This document shows, one piece after another, positions 1 to 14,696 of a stretch of DNA of 64,000 bases. The notes under the pieces were generated by a model. The model was not told the DNA's origin. It made no database searches and saw only the letters and a list, made by a program, of their open reading frames with translations. Position 1 is the stretch's first letter. Each line of letters opens with the position of its first letter. Origin of the DNA: Tubulanus polymorphus (taxonomy: Eukaryota; Animalia; Nemertea); the NCBI RefSeq assembly GCF_964204645.1, contig NW_027437449.1:42762-106761 (forward strand). The letters are read 5' to 3'. The position numbers and the translations under genes are program-made.

Positions 1-2654
1 TCTTTATTTTCACTAACGGTTTCACTAATGTCTCTGTCGGTCAAATAGATAAATAACAGGTTAGCCTGGCTGTATTGCGCAATGTTGAATTCAGTTGTAC
101 ATGTATCATCATCAGGGTGACCGAAACCGGTTCTGTCCAGTTCAGGTCATCATTAGCTATGCGCGCCACTTGACCAATCAGAATTACTTATTGCGCCCCG
201 CATCAATTATGTGGCCTATCGCCGGCCGCGATGACCAGCCGCGCACGAACCGAGTGCAAAGCGAGCAAGAAACCCGCTCCATTAGAATCCGTCACAATCG
301 CGGTTTTAATTTACATCATAAAACACGAAATTAAACGATAAAAAAACAATTCAGAAACGATAAAACTGATACGGATAAGATGAACGCGATTGTTAGGTGA
401 GTTTGTCGAGATTTCCGCATCGCAAATTTCTAGATATTTACGTGAAAAAGTAAGTTGATTTTCACACGTGTGAAACCCAGCAATGTAAACGGCATATAAA
501 CTTCTACTCGTTACTTATAGACTATTCAGATACAAGGGTAGATGCAGGATTAATTTGCAGGGGGGGGGGGGCAACATACGTGGGGTGCCTTTTCGATTAC
601 AAGGGGCACCCCCCCCCCCGTAAAGCGAGTGCAGTGAGGCGCGAAGCTGTGAGGGGTTTTTGCCCGGGAAATGAATTTATCGGTATTTCGACTATGGTTG
701 TTTGAATTTCTTCTTTGTTTTATTTTTCAGGCTTCACGGAACTTGGAATCGATTCAATCGGAGTTCAATTAAATCAGGATTATTGCGATATTACAACAAA
801 CTGCGCTCATAACAAACTGTGAACTATTATAAAAAACACGAGGATAAAAACTGACTATAATTCTGAGGATCCCTGGATTCATACATTACACACAGGATTG
901 GATAAACTGTGAGTTAGAAAAACATTAACAGCTGAAATTATGTTTTATAGGTTAAGTTAGTTATTAGGAACTTACTCTGTGAGTTAGTAAGTTTTTAGAA
1001 AGGCATGAAAATTAGTACAATTTCCAACGAAATGTGTTAGTTAAAGTAAAGAAATTTGGGTGCTATTTGTATCAGGGTCCTGTGGGGTCTCTGGGTCTCT
1101 GGACTTGCAGATAGAGAAAGCAGTTTGTTTATTTCGATGCCTAATATATTTATTTCAGGATCCTGTATTTTACGCTTCTATTTCCAGGGTTTCTCTCTAT
1201 TTTCAGGTGTTTTCCTTTTATTTCAGAATTTCCGTTTTTTCTAATCTTTTGTTTTATAAGAAAACGACTTTCATGTAAAAACGTTTAGTTGAAATAAAAA
1301 TGACAATTTCAGGGTCATCGCTGAGACAAGACCCCAGAAGACTAGGCCACAGAGGACGTGTCTTCAACCCCAGCACACAACAGAGTGGCCCGATTCAGGT
1401 GCGGCCTGTATGTTCTATTTCAGTGTGAAGAACAAGACCCCCTAGTCACAGAAGATTGAACCTGAAGTTGAATGATGATGACAGAGTGACTGAAGAATTC
1501 CGGTGCGACCTGTATAACATGTCTCTATTTCAGTATCCCCCTCCCTAACCCCTAAACCCGAGCCCGAATAGGTAGGCCGAATATATATAGGTTAGGTTAG
1601 AATAGTTAGTTGATAAATCTGTGAATTAGAACATAATTTCAGCTGTTTATATAAAATACAGTTGTTATTTCAAGTGGAACTTTTTAACAATAAAAGTTGC
1701 ATTTATTTACAATGAACTGGATTGAAAATGTTTGACAGTTTGTGAGTTAAGTGTGATTTGATTAAGATGAAGAGTTGAACTGTTGAACTCTACTTCTTAT
1801 AAAATACAAATGACATTTACAACTGGTTTCAGGTTCAGATAGCACCCACCCCACCCGGTCGGGTCCTATTCCTGAGGTACCTCGGTTTCTGGTTTATTTG
1901 GTTGAATTAATTTACTGATTTTGGTCGCGCTGTTTTTGATGTCGATATTTCTCGCGTATATTTTTAGGAGACGCGGTTTTTTTAATTGATGATTCAAATC
2001 ATTGAACGATTATTATATTTAAATCATTCACACCTTGTTATTTTGAGGTCTCCTCTCAAATTAATCTCGTAATAGAAGCGGTTGTTTTTGTACCATTGAA
2101 CATCAGTGTTTTATTGCAAACATAGAAATTCATTACATAAAACAGAATTAGATTCAACAATTTATTACAATTTTCTATATGTAGATTATAAATGTTGGAT
2201 GTGGCTACGAACTTTTTAAGTCATCATTTTGAAGTCATTTCGTGTTGTTTTATTTTGCTCACGGCGATTCTAGGTAGGTCTCTGTGTATTGTAATTTCGC
2301 GAGGTCAGTTCCTCCAATTTCACAACCTTCTCGTTGTCGATAAAATTAAATTTCAAAGTTTTAAAATTCACTGTTTGAATTCGTTATAGTTGTGACGATA
2401 AACTCAACCAAACGACCATTTCAAATTACGTAGCTGAATTAGAAATAGGCCTGAAACAAACTAAGGCTCCGATGTAAATGTAACGACTTATCAAAATGAA
2501 ATTTAATTTCACTTCTTTCAGGTTTTGGTGTCTGTGAAGAGTTCACACGCTACTCATTGCTTCCTCGTAAGATGGCCGATGTTTATAGGTTATAGGATGG
2601 ATATTCTCCTCCTCCACTAGGAGGCGCTGTAGGTAAGACGCGGTGCAACAATGT

Positions 2655-3330
2655 TGACAAAATAGAACAAATTCAGCTGATAATTCTTGATAGCGTCGAT
2701 AGAAGAGAAAGTTTTTAATTTATTTCTGGCGGCGGCAATTTAGATCAGGTCTGATTAGAAACTGTTGTAATCAGAGAATGATAGCGGGTAGTCAGTGAAG
2801 AGTCACCACATCTGACTGGTCACTGGTCACCGAACCTGACTGGTCACCAGTCACCACACCTGACTGTGTTATTTCTGTTCTTCCCAGCATGTCGTTTTGG
2901 TGAAGAAGGCGTAATTTATTACCGGGGGCGATCGGGTCTGATTAGAAATTGTTGAAATCAGAAAGATCATAACTTTTTGATATTTCACAAGCAAGATAAA
3001 CTTGTTCGACTTTTATAAAACAGAAGTAGACCGTATGACGTAAACATCAAGCGATTGAAATATTCACTTAACTTTTATTTAGCAAAAAATCCTCGAGATG
3101 ATTTTGTTTGCTAGATTTAAGTTGTTCAATTAAACAACTTAGTATTCAAAAATGATGGTAGTTTTGTTTTTATAATTTTCAATATAAATGGTAGGACTTA
3201 CTTTTTAGAATATTTGATAACGCAATCGATGCTTCAAAAAATACCGATAGAAAAGGAGGAATTAGATATATTTATTACATAATTACATATAATTTTCTGA
3301 CCGATTAGAGGGATTGAGATCGGCCCAAGT
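2655..3330. repeat. Dispersed repeat, paralogous to ~23215-24420; contains ~3 units of the 24-bp GTCACCACACCTGACTGGTCACTG repeat
   Basis: Shared sequence such as 'aaatagaacaaattcagctg...gatcaggtctgattagaaactgttgtaatcag...gaagtagaccgtatgacgtaaacat' at both loci. Confidence 0.85.
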
Positions 3331-3574
3331 GGAATTCTAATATGAGGAGCTAACTAAGGGCAATAGCAGCGGTAAATATCAGTAAAAATGGATGTCTAAT
3401 AATAGTTTATCGCAGTTACCCGAATATTTTAAAATCTGTGTTTAATTCTATCGTTGCGAGGAAAAATGAAATTGGTTTTTTCAAAATGAAAATTGTGAAT
3501 GATTTGAAATGCGTCGTTAAAAGTTGGTTAAAACGGTTTTTGGGAGAAGGCTATCAATACTCACAGTGATCAGC

Positions 3575-3800
3575 TTAGTCGCGACCCGGATCACAGTTGT
3601 GTCGTCTCTTAGTCGCGACCCGGATCACAGTTGTGTCGTCTCTTGGTCGCGACCCGGATCACAGTTGTGTCGTCTCTTAGACCGGGCCCAGTCCATATAG
3701 AAATGGAAACTTGTGTAAGATTAGACCGGGCCCAGTCCATATAGAAATGGAAACTTGTGTAAGATTAGACCGGGCCCAGTCCATAGAAATGGAAACTTGT
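3575..3800. repeat. Two adjacent short tandem arrays (34-bp x3, then ~45-bp x~3)
   Basis: ttagtcgcgacccggatcacagttgtgtcgtctc x3, followed by ttagaccgggcccagtccatatagaaatggaaacttgtgtaaga repeats. Confidence 0.9.
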
Positions 3801-5271
3801 GGTCCATTCTCCTCATAATGAAAAATGCCCAGCTCCAAATAAACACCACACAACAATCTGTATAAACTAGATGACACAGTCTTTATTTTCAGCAGAATAT
3901 ATTGGGCTTGAGGGCACCATCTTTTCCAAGTAACAAATTTTCCGTACCCTTCTTTTCACAAAACAAACAACGCTCTTCACCATCAAACACCCTTTTCCTC
4001 TTAACTGACTCCATTCAGCTGCATTCATCCATGGCAAAGATTTGAGACATGATTTCAAAACAACACCCATTATTGTCGTTTCCAAGGATATTTTGAGCAA
4101 ACCTAAATTTGAATCATTAGCTGCAAATGAAGTCATGATCATTTCATCAAAATACAATGGATTTATATGGGATATGATGATTCCAGAACTATTTATTAGT
4201 GGTCGGACTACTAGATTTTCATTTTATTTTAGTTGTAGCTTTTTTCTCTGCCCAAAAACGGGTAGAGCGACCCGGAAAACATAGCAATCGATACCAGTAT
4301 CACTTTTCTGTGACAACTCAAGATCGGACTGTAACCAAAATAATTTCATAGGCATTTTCCGCCTTGGTTACCATGGAGACAGTCAACAATGTTGGAGTAC
4401 AACCTTTAACAATATGTGCTTCCATGGTAACGGAGTTTGTTTGATGTTGATGTCCCACAGCAACAGGAAAGTCGGTTATCCATTTATCCATTAATTAAAT
4501 CTAAATCTATGGTGTCATAGCAACGACTTTTCAACAATGATGGTCATTATGATTCGTCATATGGAACACGGGCAATAAATGAATTATGTTATTATTTAGT
4601 TAACTAAAACTGATTAATATAATTCCCGTGTCTTTGCATTAACAGAAATTTTCAGCCCTGTGAACAGCGCCCAGATTAGGTTGCTAGGCAGCAGCCAACA
4701 ATATATGATTTTAAACGTTGGATTCCTGGGTTTGACAAAACATGTATAAGCGTATATATATATATGAAACCATACTCTGCTGACGCGCAAAAGGTTAACA
4801 ACCTTTTAAGGTTAATTTGCAATATATTTGACGATTTTCCTTCCTAACGAATACCTCGTATTTAGCGCCCCCTATAGGCCGAAAGTGAAAAATCACATAG
4901 TGGCAGACAGGTGTTTCAGGGGGTGGGGGGAGTCTCACCTTTCATTTAAGCCCGGGTGCCAAGCTCTACCCAAAAATGCCCAAAGATTGGTCTTGGATAG
5001 CTGACTATATAGGTTGAGACCTTCTCTGTCCCGTACAGTGAATAAACATTGGTTAACAATAAAATAGACACGAAATACACAATTATATAAACAATTGACT
5101 ACAGCGAGCAAGATAAAAATAGTGAAACGATTAAAATCAGTAAGAAGATAACAAAAATTGAAAAGATACATGAAGTAATAATTAGTCCATATCTCACACT
5201 TGACGATATCTTGTGTGAGATCGAATCCTCGGGTTTTTTTAACTTGATTGAATAAATTCTTGATTTATTTA

Positions 5272-8012
5272 CTATATATCTATTCCTACTCTCAGTCTTT
5301 TATTGAGTTTTTTAAGTTCTGATATGATGTAATCTCTCGTCGTATCGCGGTCGGTGCTGCAGCAGTAGATACACAGGTCAGAAAGATGCGGAAGATTATT
5401 GATTAATTCGACGATTGATTTGACGAATAAATCGATATCGTGCTGTGTATTAATCCGCGCGAGTGAACTGTGAAACTTTAAATAACGAATTGACGAGACG
5501 TGTTTTAGTTGTTTAAAGATGCGATTGTTCTGTTCCGGTCTATCGAGACAGCTATCAATACTGACTTTTATCAGCTGATTTACCGCATCTGTTGATAGAT
5601 ACCGAACAAGTGCGTCAACATCAGCTTCTGAATGCAACTGTATTTCTAATACAGTCAGCCGCGGCGGGTGATCTAGAACGCGGTGTATTGGTAAATTAAA
5701 TCCGTAAATGAAAAGACGTTTTAGTTTCGGCATTGAACCGACACTATCACTGATTGCTGCACATTCATCTGTCGTTAGTTTGCTCAGTCCGCTCAGTCCG
5801 AGCAGTCCGAGCTGAATTGTTTCGATGTGTGAAGATTTTATCGTGTTGTTTAAATCATTCAATTCCTCCGAACCGATCAAATCTTTATCGAATATTACTC
5901 CAAAAAGACATAAGGTTTTCAAACTCGGAATGATGTTTATCAGCCCTCTGATTGTATTTCTATCGAGCTGATATTCCCACAGCGATCTGAGATATAGATG
6001 TTTTATGGATGGATACGATTTGTGAATATTGACTAAAATATTACCTAAACGTTCCGCACTAACAACAGTATTAATAATCAGACTCTCCACTGTATTGTGT
6101 GTGTTAGTATCAACACTGATCAACCGCGCGTCATCTTTAGTGTTAATCTCGTGACTTGTAATAATCCATTCATTATTGAGTTTCTTGTAACATTCACCAT
6201 CTCGCCGCACAAACCAGTTTAAACTGTTGCTCTTCTGACACATAGTCAAGCACTGATCGGGTTTTGATGACCTGTATGTATCTAATATCATACCGTGAAG
6301 ACTAGTGTTACTCGCTATGGCTGTTTCTAATACGCGGTAATCGTCGGGTTCCAGTTCGTGAATACCCAGTATGTAAACTAGCTCGATCTGACATTGTTTG
6401 TGTTCGAGTATTTTTGCGAGCATGTTTATCTGCGATCTGCTATAAAATGCAGATACGAACAACATTTTCTGCATGTAGTGAACTATTTCACTAATGGCGT
6501 CGTCCGGCCAGTCGGCTTCATTCATGCAGATTGACAACTGATGAGATAAAACAGTTCTTTCGGATCGGAGTTCGATGTAGCGTTCGTAATCGGGGATGAG
6601 CGCCAAATCTGCCGATTCCCTAGTAACCGTAACAAAGGACTCGACTCTATCCACTATTGTGACTGCTTTTAAATGTTCATCTATTAAAGTCTTGAAAAGT
6701 TCACCGAGGCCGCGGTTAAACTTGTAACGATACAGCAGCCCTGCCATGAATCTCGGGTATAATTCACCATATTTCACAAGTTCGTCCTGTAGTTGTTCAA
6801 ACGCGCATTTATTCCAGGGTGTTTTCCAGGGTATTTCATTACTGTTGTTGAATTGTACGACCGAGTGTACCGCCGCCAGAAATTCGTGCACAGATTTGTG
6901 TATGAACCGCAGCTGGACGGAGCGGTCTGATTTCCGTCGCGGCGACATCTCTTTGCACGTCAAAGCCGTCCTTTTCGATTCGTCGAGTTTGAGACGACTT
7001 TCGGTGAAGCTGTTTTGATGCTCGATGAGCGTCTCATACGCGACTTGACAAATTTCTTTAAGCGCTTTAGAATTTTCGATATTGCGGAAAAAACATTCCT
7101 TCGACAACTCGAGGCCCTCGCGTTTACTGATCAGAAAACATGTCAAATCGATGTAGATATCGGTGAGTTTTGATGGTATCGTAATTTCTTCCTCGTCCAT
7201 ATACAGAAAACAAAACATATGTAGTATCAGCGGGTTGTAGTAGATACTTTTAAATAAAGGTGACGCTGCGGCTTCAATCTTGTCGAATAGCTGATATGGA
7301 TCGCGCTCGGGGAATTTTCTCTTCATAATATCGATGACTTCTTCCTGTTCGAAGCCGGATATCGATACAACGGTGAATTTGGGATCAGTGACGATCATGC
7401 TGCCCCCGGACTCACGTGTTGTTATGACGATATGCGCTTTCGGTAATTTATTGGTCACGTGTACGATGTCTTTTTTCGCTTTATCGTTTTTCAACTCGTC
7501 GAAGCCGTCTAGAAAAAATATCGATTTTTCTGCATTTTCCTCTACGAATTCTTTAAAACTATCAATCGGCAGAACCTTTCTGATTTCTGGATTCAAAAGA
7601 TTTTCGTAAATGTACTTATAAATACACGCGTTATCAGCGGGCAGTTCATTTAACGGTATATAGAATAACATAGGAAATGTTTTTAGAAACGGTGATCGCT
7701 CCCATGACAACACTTGATTAACTACCTGAGTAGTTTTACCCATACCGGGTTCACCTACGAGGCACACGGGTTTCACATCACTCTCTTTATAAGTGAAAAG
7801 TTTCCCGAAATCATCGGGTAAAATCAATGACTGCTCCTCACTTCCTTCATTTTTCTTCGGGTTTCGTTTTTGGGCTTGAATTTTCGCGTGTTCTTGGGTG
7901 AAGAAGTCATTGAAATTGGTGACTTCTTCGTTCCACCAAACCTCTTTGAAATTTTCAACATCGATCATTCGTTGATACGTTTTTTTCAAACTCATCTGAA
8001 CTTGATCAACAT
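5272..8012 (-). CDS. NACHT + LRR-like (NLR-type) protein, large terminal exon
   Basis: 907-aa ORF with Walker A (VCLVGEPGMGKTT), Walker B (IFFLDGFDEL), sensor 1 (IVITTRE), NPLIL motif, winged-helix FIHKSVHEFLAA and C-terminal LxxLxL repeats. A splice acceptor (ttttacag|AT) at 8013/8012 is in frame at phase 1. Confidence 0.9.
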
Positions 8013-9060
8013 CTGTAAAAATAAAATCAGTTTGAGATTTTTTAGAATTTCTATGGCGGCTGATTTTGCCTCAAAATCATAGAATCATAGAAAATGTCAT
8101 GAGCTAAAATTTTACAATATTGACTGCAGTTAAAAAATATACCAAGGAACTACAGAGTTATTCTGCTATTCAACGCCCCCTGGTGCCCTTAAACAAAAAC
8201 CAACGAACCTGAAACTCACCACAATCATATATCATGCCATGAGCTAAAACTTTGTAATTGATTGCGGTGGCAAAATATGCACCAGAAAGAATCTTTCTGT
8301 GGGGTCGGGTTAGCAACAAGTTCGATCAGAGACATTCAAGGTCCCATCTACACGAGTGGAAAAATCCTTTATTTTCAATCTACACGAGGAAAACATTTCC
8401 AAAAAAAGTCACCTTTAAAAATTCAGCTTTTTCACCTTTTTATACAAAATTATACTTAATCTAAAGATAAACGGCTTCATTGATTTTGGTGAGCTTCACG
8501 TGTTACTAAAACGAGGGCGATATCATCACAGCTCCGCAGTAAATACTGCAAACTACGCCGCGCATCAACATGCAATTTTCAGCACAGGACAAAATGTTTA
8601 TTAATCTTTCTCATCTTTCTCAGAATTTCAGTTTGAGTTAATCGGATGACAACAATTCATTTCATTTAGTTCTTAACTTTTGAAATGAGGATTGGAAAAC
8701 TGTATTAGTCACGTGATACACGATGAACCGGTTTTCTGAACACAAATCTTCGCTGCTTACGCGCATAAGAAGTGCCGGTTTTAAGTCTTTGCGCAGGTAA
8801 ACCAAATATACTTTGTTAATTTAGATTTCATCAAGAAATTGTTTCTTAATCTAAAGATAATTTAGCTGATTTTGGTGAGCTTCACGTGTTACAAAAACGA
8901 GGGCGCTATCATCACAGCTCCGCAGTAAATACTGCAAACTACGCCGCGCATCAACATGCAATTTTCAGCACAGGACAAAATGTTTATTAATCTTTCTCAT
9001 CTTTCTCAGAATTTCAGTTTGAGTTAATCGGATGACAACAATTCATTTCATTTAGTTCTT

Positions 9061-9362
9061 TTTCATTGCCCCTAGTTTGCCTTGCTTACTTTAGCATTGT
9101 TTTCTAGTTGTTATGTCATTACTTTAATCTATTCCCCTTTCAATATTTTAATCACTCACTCTGCTTCTATTGTTTTGGTCTTGTATAAATATCTTGTAAT
9201 ATTCTCCTGTACTCAGTACGCCTGATGATGGCTAATAGTCTTTAGCCGAAACGTTGCGCAAATATATATAACTCTTCTATTCAAGTTTCTCGTTTTGGCT
9301 GAACTTATTGTGGGATTTCTCTTGTTATCTTCTTACACGGATATTGTGTATCTTCTCGTCTC
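9061..9362 (+). mobile_element. ~300-bp insertion carrying a hammerhead; probable solo pLTR of a Penelope-like element
   Basis: Absent from the paralogous block at ~12930; contains a minimal hammerhead motif. Confidence 0.6.
9219..9258 (+). ncRNA. Minimal type I hammerhead ribozyme (PLE-type)
   Basis: CGC-CUGAUGA-U-GGCUAA(uagucu)UUAGCC-GAAACGU-U-GCG: intact core, 6-bp stem II, palindromic ACGU in place of stem III, short stem I. Confidence 0.8.
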
Positions 9363-12300
9363 AAAATGTTTCTAGGCCTGGGATATACAATACAATAAGT
9401 AGCGGCACACTTCAACGAGTATGAATTACTTTTTTAGAAAGGCCGATCAGCCATATCGGTGCTCAAAAGTAAAGGGATATCCCGATATGACATCAGGCGG
9501 GAAAATAATTATTATTTTACAGAATTCCTTCGATTTCTTCTTTCAGAAATAAATTCATTCCTTCTTTCAATAAACCCTGGAAAGTGCAACAAATTTTTTC
9601 TGAACTAATTACAAAGCTACGTATCTTGTGTCAAATAACAGAAAAAATGGGAAAATGAAGTCGAACCACTAAAACATCGTGGTCGGCGTTGCTACGCGAC
9701 CCGACCACAAAAATGAAATCAGTTTGAGATATTTTAAGCCGGGTGTAAGTCGGTTGCGACGCGATAAGTCTTTTTACAGTTGCCAGGCGCCATTTTTTGC
9801 TACCCACCGGGTCCGCATTGTTGAATTCTTGTCCCAATTTTTTCTCCGGTTTAATTTTTTTATTTCGTTCATATCTTTGGATTGGATTAAGATAGAAATA
9901 AGGTAAAAATATCGATGAACTCAGCTGATAATTAACTTTTCTATGATATCACTCATTCATAAATTTAAAGCAACAATGCGCGCTGGTGAAGTTATAAACA
10001 TTCATATCCTCTTCCCGATAATTCAACTTGAATTATTGCTCATCTCATTCAAAAGTTCATAATTCTTACAAATCTTAATCTACATTTTCATTATTCAATT
10101 TTGAAGGCAGGGTCTGGACTACCGATCCCCAAACCTGAAGTCTGTCCCTATTTTACTAGAACTACCTATATATCTTTATTTGCCATTTTTTTCAAATGGC
10201 TAAGTAACCTTATTTCCATAGTTACTGAAAATTTTGATTTCAACAAAGCAGGGGCCGGTAAAATTGTGAGATTTCCTGGAATAAAGATGCGATCGTCGCC
10301 TTGCGACGCAATCCTGGTGGCGTTTAATAGGTTGCAACGCGATTAGCGGCGACTGTGTGCGACTAATTGCTGCCAGTCGCAAGAGCGCGTTGGTCTGCGA
10401 TTCTGGTTGTCACGTGGTAACTAAAATTGGCACCAAATCACGCAAAGGTTCGAAGTTTCGAATTTCTGGCAGGGAAAATTGGGTTTCAACTCCGAGAACG
10501 AACATAACAACTTCTACAACTTCTGCAATTTCTATCCCCACAAACCAGTTCCATTCCATATTTGAAAGGCTATTTAGTAATAGTCCTTGACTTAGAGCTA
10601 AAATACTGGGCCCGGTTTAATAGACTGAGTATCTAAGTTATCCCTAGGGGTAAATCCTCAATTTGGGTGACAACCACCATAGTAACAATGAGAAACCATG
10701 GTTATAACTGAAGAATTTCAAAATATCCCCTGGGACTATCTTTTTTCCACATCTATGAAACCCAGCCCTGGTCTTTATGGTCAAAGCAGCTTGAAAACAA
10801 ATGGAGGAGATTAAATTCGCGATAAGAAATTCTACGAATCCTTCAAAAAAATTATTTCAAAACGCATCTCACAACTATTGTGGGTTCGAATCCCAGTATT
10901 ACTGGATCAAATCGCGCATCTCCCAGTCACTAGAGCGCGTAGCCGTAGGTTTATTGCGACGATCGCGTCGCAGTAAGTAGAACATGTGCGACTTGCTGCG
11001 ACTGGCGTCGTTAAAATTTCTATGCTCGCTGATTTGGTCTCAAAATTTCCGGTCAATTGAAAAAAATTAGCTAAAAGAAAATATTATTTCCAGCTTGTTC
11101 GAAAACAGCTTTTATTTGAGCGCTCACTGAAAAAAACTTATAGGTCCTGATATCAACGAGTTGATTTAAGCAAATCAACTTTTAAATCAATTCATTGATC
11201 GCGTTTACAAAATATGCAGAGTTACCAATATAAATGGAAAATTGTATTCAATTCAATATTTAATTCTCCTGGTGGGTTGAACAAAAGACCGAAATTCCAT
11301 GTCCTATGACAATGCTGATAACGACCAAATATCAAGACTAAGTTAAAATCACTAACCCACTATGTGAAAAACATCGTGGTCGGCGTTGCTACGCGACCCG
11401 ACCACAAAAATGAAATCAGTTTGAGATATTTTAAGCCGGGTGTAAGTCGGTTGCGACGCGATAAGTCTTTTTACAGTTGCCAGGCGCCATTTTTTCCTAC
11501 CCACCGGGTCCGCATTGTTGAATTCTTGTCCCAATTTTTTCCCCAGTTTAATTTTCTTATTTCGTTCATATCTCTGGATTGGATTAAGATGGAAATAAGG
11601 TAAAAATATCGATGAACTCAGCTGATAATTAACTTTTCTATGATATCACTCATTCATAAATTTAAAGCAACAATGCGCGCTGGTGAAGTTATAAACATTC
11701 ATATCCTCTTTCCGATAATTCAACTTGAATTATTGCTCATCCCATAATGATATAATATTATTACATTCTATACTGTAATGAACAGAAAATGGTTCCTCCG
11801 AAATAATGTAATATTTTAAATTAATCTCAATAAGTGAAGAGTTTGTGTGATGGATTTGTATTTAGTAGGATGTCTAAGGATAATGAATCATTCAAAAGTT
11901 CGTAATTCTTACAAAATTTAATCTACATTTTCAGAGTTTTTAGGATCAATAAACATCTATATGTGATCTTATGTGCTTTTTACGGTTTTCCATTATATTT
12001 ATTAGTTTTTAAGTAATTGCGAGTCAAACTTCCAAAACACGTTTTCTAGAGTCCCCTGCGTGCATCTTTAGCCTATATCAGGAAATTTCACAATTTTACC
12101 GGTCCCTGCTTTGTTGAAATCAACAACAATAAATAAACAAAAACTCTATGGCGGCTGATTTTGCCTCAAAATCATAGAATCATAGAAAATGTCATGAGCT
12201 AAAATTTTACAATATTGACTGCAGTTACAAAATATACCAAGGAACTACAGAGTTATTCTGGTATTCAACGCCCCCTGGTGACCTTAAACAAAAACCAACG

Positions 12301-13529
12301 AACCTGAAACTCGCCACAATCATACATCATGTCATGAGCTAAAACTTTGTAATTGATTGTGGTGGCAAAATATGCACCAGAAAGAATCTTTCTGTGGGGT
12401 CGGGTTAGCAACAAGTTCGATCAGAGACATTCAAGGTCCCATCTACACGAGTGGAACAATCCTTTATTTTCAATCTACACGAGGAAAACATTTCCAAAAA
12501 GTCACCTTTAAAAAAGTCGGCTTTTCACCTTTTTATACAAATTTATACTTAATCTAAAGATAAACGGCTTCGTTGATTTTGGTGAGCTTCACGTGTTACT
12601 AAAACGAGGGCGATATCATCACAGCTCCGCAGTAAATACTGCAAACTACGCCGCGCATCAACATGCAATTTTCAGCACAGGACAAAATGTTTATTAATCT
12701 TTCTCATCTTCTGTGAATTTCAGTTTGAGTAAATCGGATGACAACAAATAATTTCATTTAGTTCTTAACTTTTGAAGTGAGGATTGGAAAACTGTATTAG
12801 TCACGTGATACACGATGAACTGGTTTTCTGAACACAAATCTTAGCTGCTTACGCGCATAAGAAGTGCTGGTTTTATGTCCTTGCGCAGGGAAACCAAATA
12901 TACTTTGTTAATTTAGATTTCATCAAGAAAATGTTTCTAGGCCTCGGATATACAACATAATAAGTAGCGGCACACTTCAACGAGTATGAATTACTTTTTT
13001 AGAAAGGCCGATCAGCCATATCGGTGCGCAAAAGTAAAGGGATATCCCGATATGACATCAGGCGGGAAAATAATTATTATTTTACAGAATTCCTTCGATT
13101 TCTTCTTTCAGAAATAAATTCATTCGTTCTTTCAATAAACCCAGGAGAGTGCAACAAATTTCCCTGAACTAATTACAAAGCTACGTATCTTGTGTCAAAA
13201 AACAGAGAAAATGGGAAAATGAAGTCGAACCACTAAAACATCGTGGTCGGCGTTGCTACGCGACCCGACCACAAAAATGAAATCAGTTTGAGATATCTTA
13301 AGCCGGGTGTAAGTCGATTGTGACGCGATAAGTCTTTTTACAGTTGCCAGGCGCCATTTTTACGGTACTCACCTCCCTAATTTTACAGTCGAGATAAGAT
13401 GAACCTTTGTCTAGAATTATGAATTTGTTGTCACTTAATTCCTGATCACAAGTGTGACAAATTGCGAGCTCTGAACTCTCACCCGGCGGTCTTTAGGGAC
13501 TCAAGTGTTTTTCTGCTATTAATACACAG

Positions 13530-13640
13530 GGTCCAGTTCCACAGTTTGGAGTTAAAATTTAACCCTGAGTTAACTCATTGAAAATGAACTAATTTTAACT
13601 CAGAGTTAACTCTAACTCACAACTGTAGAACTGGGTCCTG
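13530..13640. mobile_element. MITE-like element with terminal inverted repeats
   Basis: gggtccagttccacagtt...aactgtagaactgggtcc, with internal ctgagttaa/ttaactcag symmetry. Confidence 0.55.
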
Positions 13641-13848
13641 TTCTTTTTTATCATAATTCAAAATACCGTAGACCCTGACTGTTTTAGTCAAATGTTGGTG
13701 GGTCCATTTTAGTCCTCAGAATCTTTAAAGACAATGTATTACTTTCGCCTCAAAACTTTATACCGGTTTTATATGCGAGATCACATTTAGACTCAAGTCA
13801 CATCATTCTGTACTGAACTGAACTCCGATGGTTAAAATCTATAATTAC

Positions 13849-13986
13849 CGAGATTCTCAGCAGGTCTGGTGCTGGCTTGTGTAACTGCGTGGATATTTTG
13901 ATTCACTGTATTATTGTCACCGATTATACTTAAATTAGAATTGTCTGCATTTATTCCTGGATTACTCGCCGCCATAGTAACGTTTA
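13849..13986 (-). CDS. Putative upstream NLR exon (138 bp, phase 1-1) encoding MAASNPGINADNSNLSIIGDNNTVNQN..., with a RHIM-like motif
   Basis: tttttcag| acceptor, |gtaatt donor, open frame, phase compatible with the NACHT exon. Confidence 0.6.
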
Positions 13987-14483
13987 CTGAAAAACAGAAT
14001 TTAGAATTCAGTCATTTTATCTCAACAAGTGCAGCACAGTTTTCCTGAAAAAAAATATGCTGGTTGGCCAAATTGTAAATTAGTACATATCACATGCAGA
14101 AGACCAGATAACAATGATAAAAGCTTACTATAATACAAGTGTAGCAACCCAAGAGATCTCAATAATAACAATAATAAAATGTATGAATTTGTGAGCAGTT
14201 TTCGCCTGTAAATAATAAGACATAAACTACATGTAACACATTCTAGCCACAAATATTACCAGCCTCGCTAGCCATATACTTAGCACAAGCCATTAACCCT
14301 TTAGCTCATTAACCTCACTAGTTGGCGCAAAATCTTCACTGCCCGAAAAGTGAAAGCAACAATCAACTGGGACTTAAATCCCAACTGGGCTTGACAATCT
14401 TACGCCACCTGGCGGATAGAATATATTGAAATAAGATTTAAGAACAATCGGGTGGGTGCGTTCATTTCTGGATTCATAATTAC

Positions 14484-14642
14484 CGAGATTCTCAGCAGGT
14501 CTGTTTAAGGCTTGTGTATCTTCATGGTAGCGATATTCATGTGTGGTTTTAATACACTTTTTTTTATTTGTTGAACTGATTTGATCAATTTCAGAATTTT
14601 CTGCATCTATTTCTGGATTACACTCCGTCATGGTACCGGGTA
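14484..14642 (-). CDS. Putative upstream NLR exon (159 bp, phase 1-1), paralog of 13849-13986 (MTECNPEIDAENS...RPAENL)
   Basis: tttttcag| acceptor, |gtaatt donor, and the same terminal sequence agacctgctgagaatctcg. Confidence 0.55.
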
Positions 14643-14696
14643 CTGAAAAATAAAAGTTTAAAATTCAGTCATTCTATCGCGGTAAGTGCAGCGCAT

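Larger units (their letters stand above)
8050..9800. repeat. Intronic segmental duplication, paralogous to ~12146-13360; 9670-10090 also recurs at ~11370-11930
   Basis: Near-identical blocks beginning 'ctatggcggctgattttgcctcaaaatc'; the ORF track shows duplicated short ORFs. Confidence 0.85.

Noticed and set aside
340-2640. Protein-coding gene suggested by several + strand splice signals
   Set aside because: No coherent ORF or recognisable protein; at most a non-coding spliced transcript
13373-13512. Additional NLR coding exon ending at a gag|gtgagt donor
   Set aside because: In-frame TAA near its start, and its end phase is incompatible with the NACHT exon
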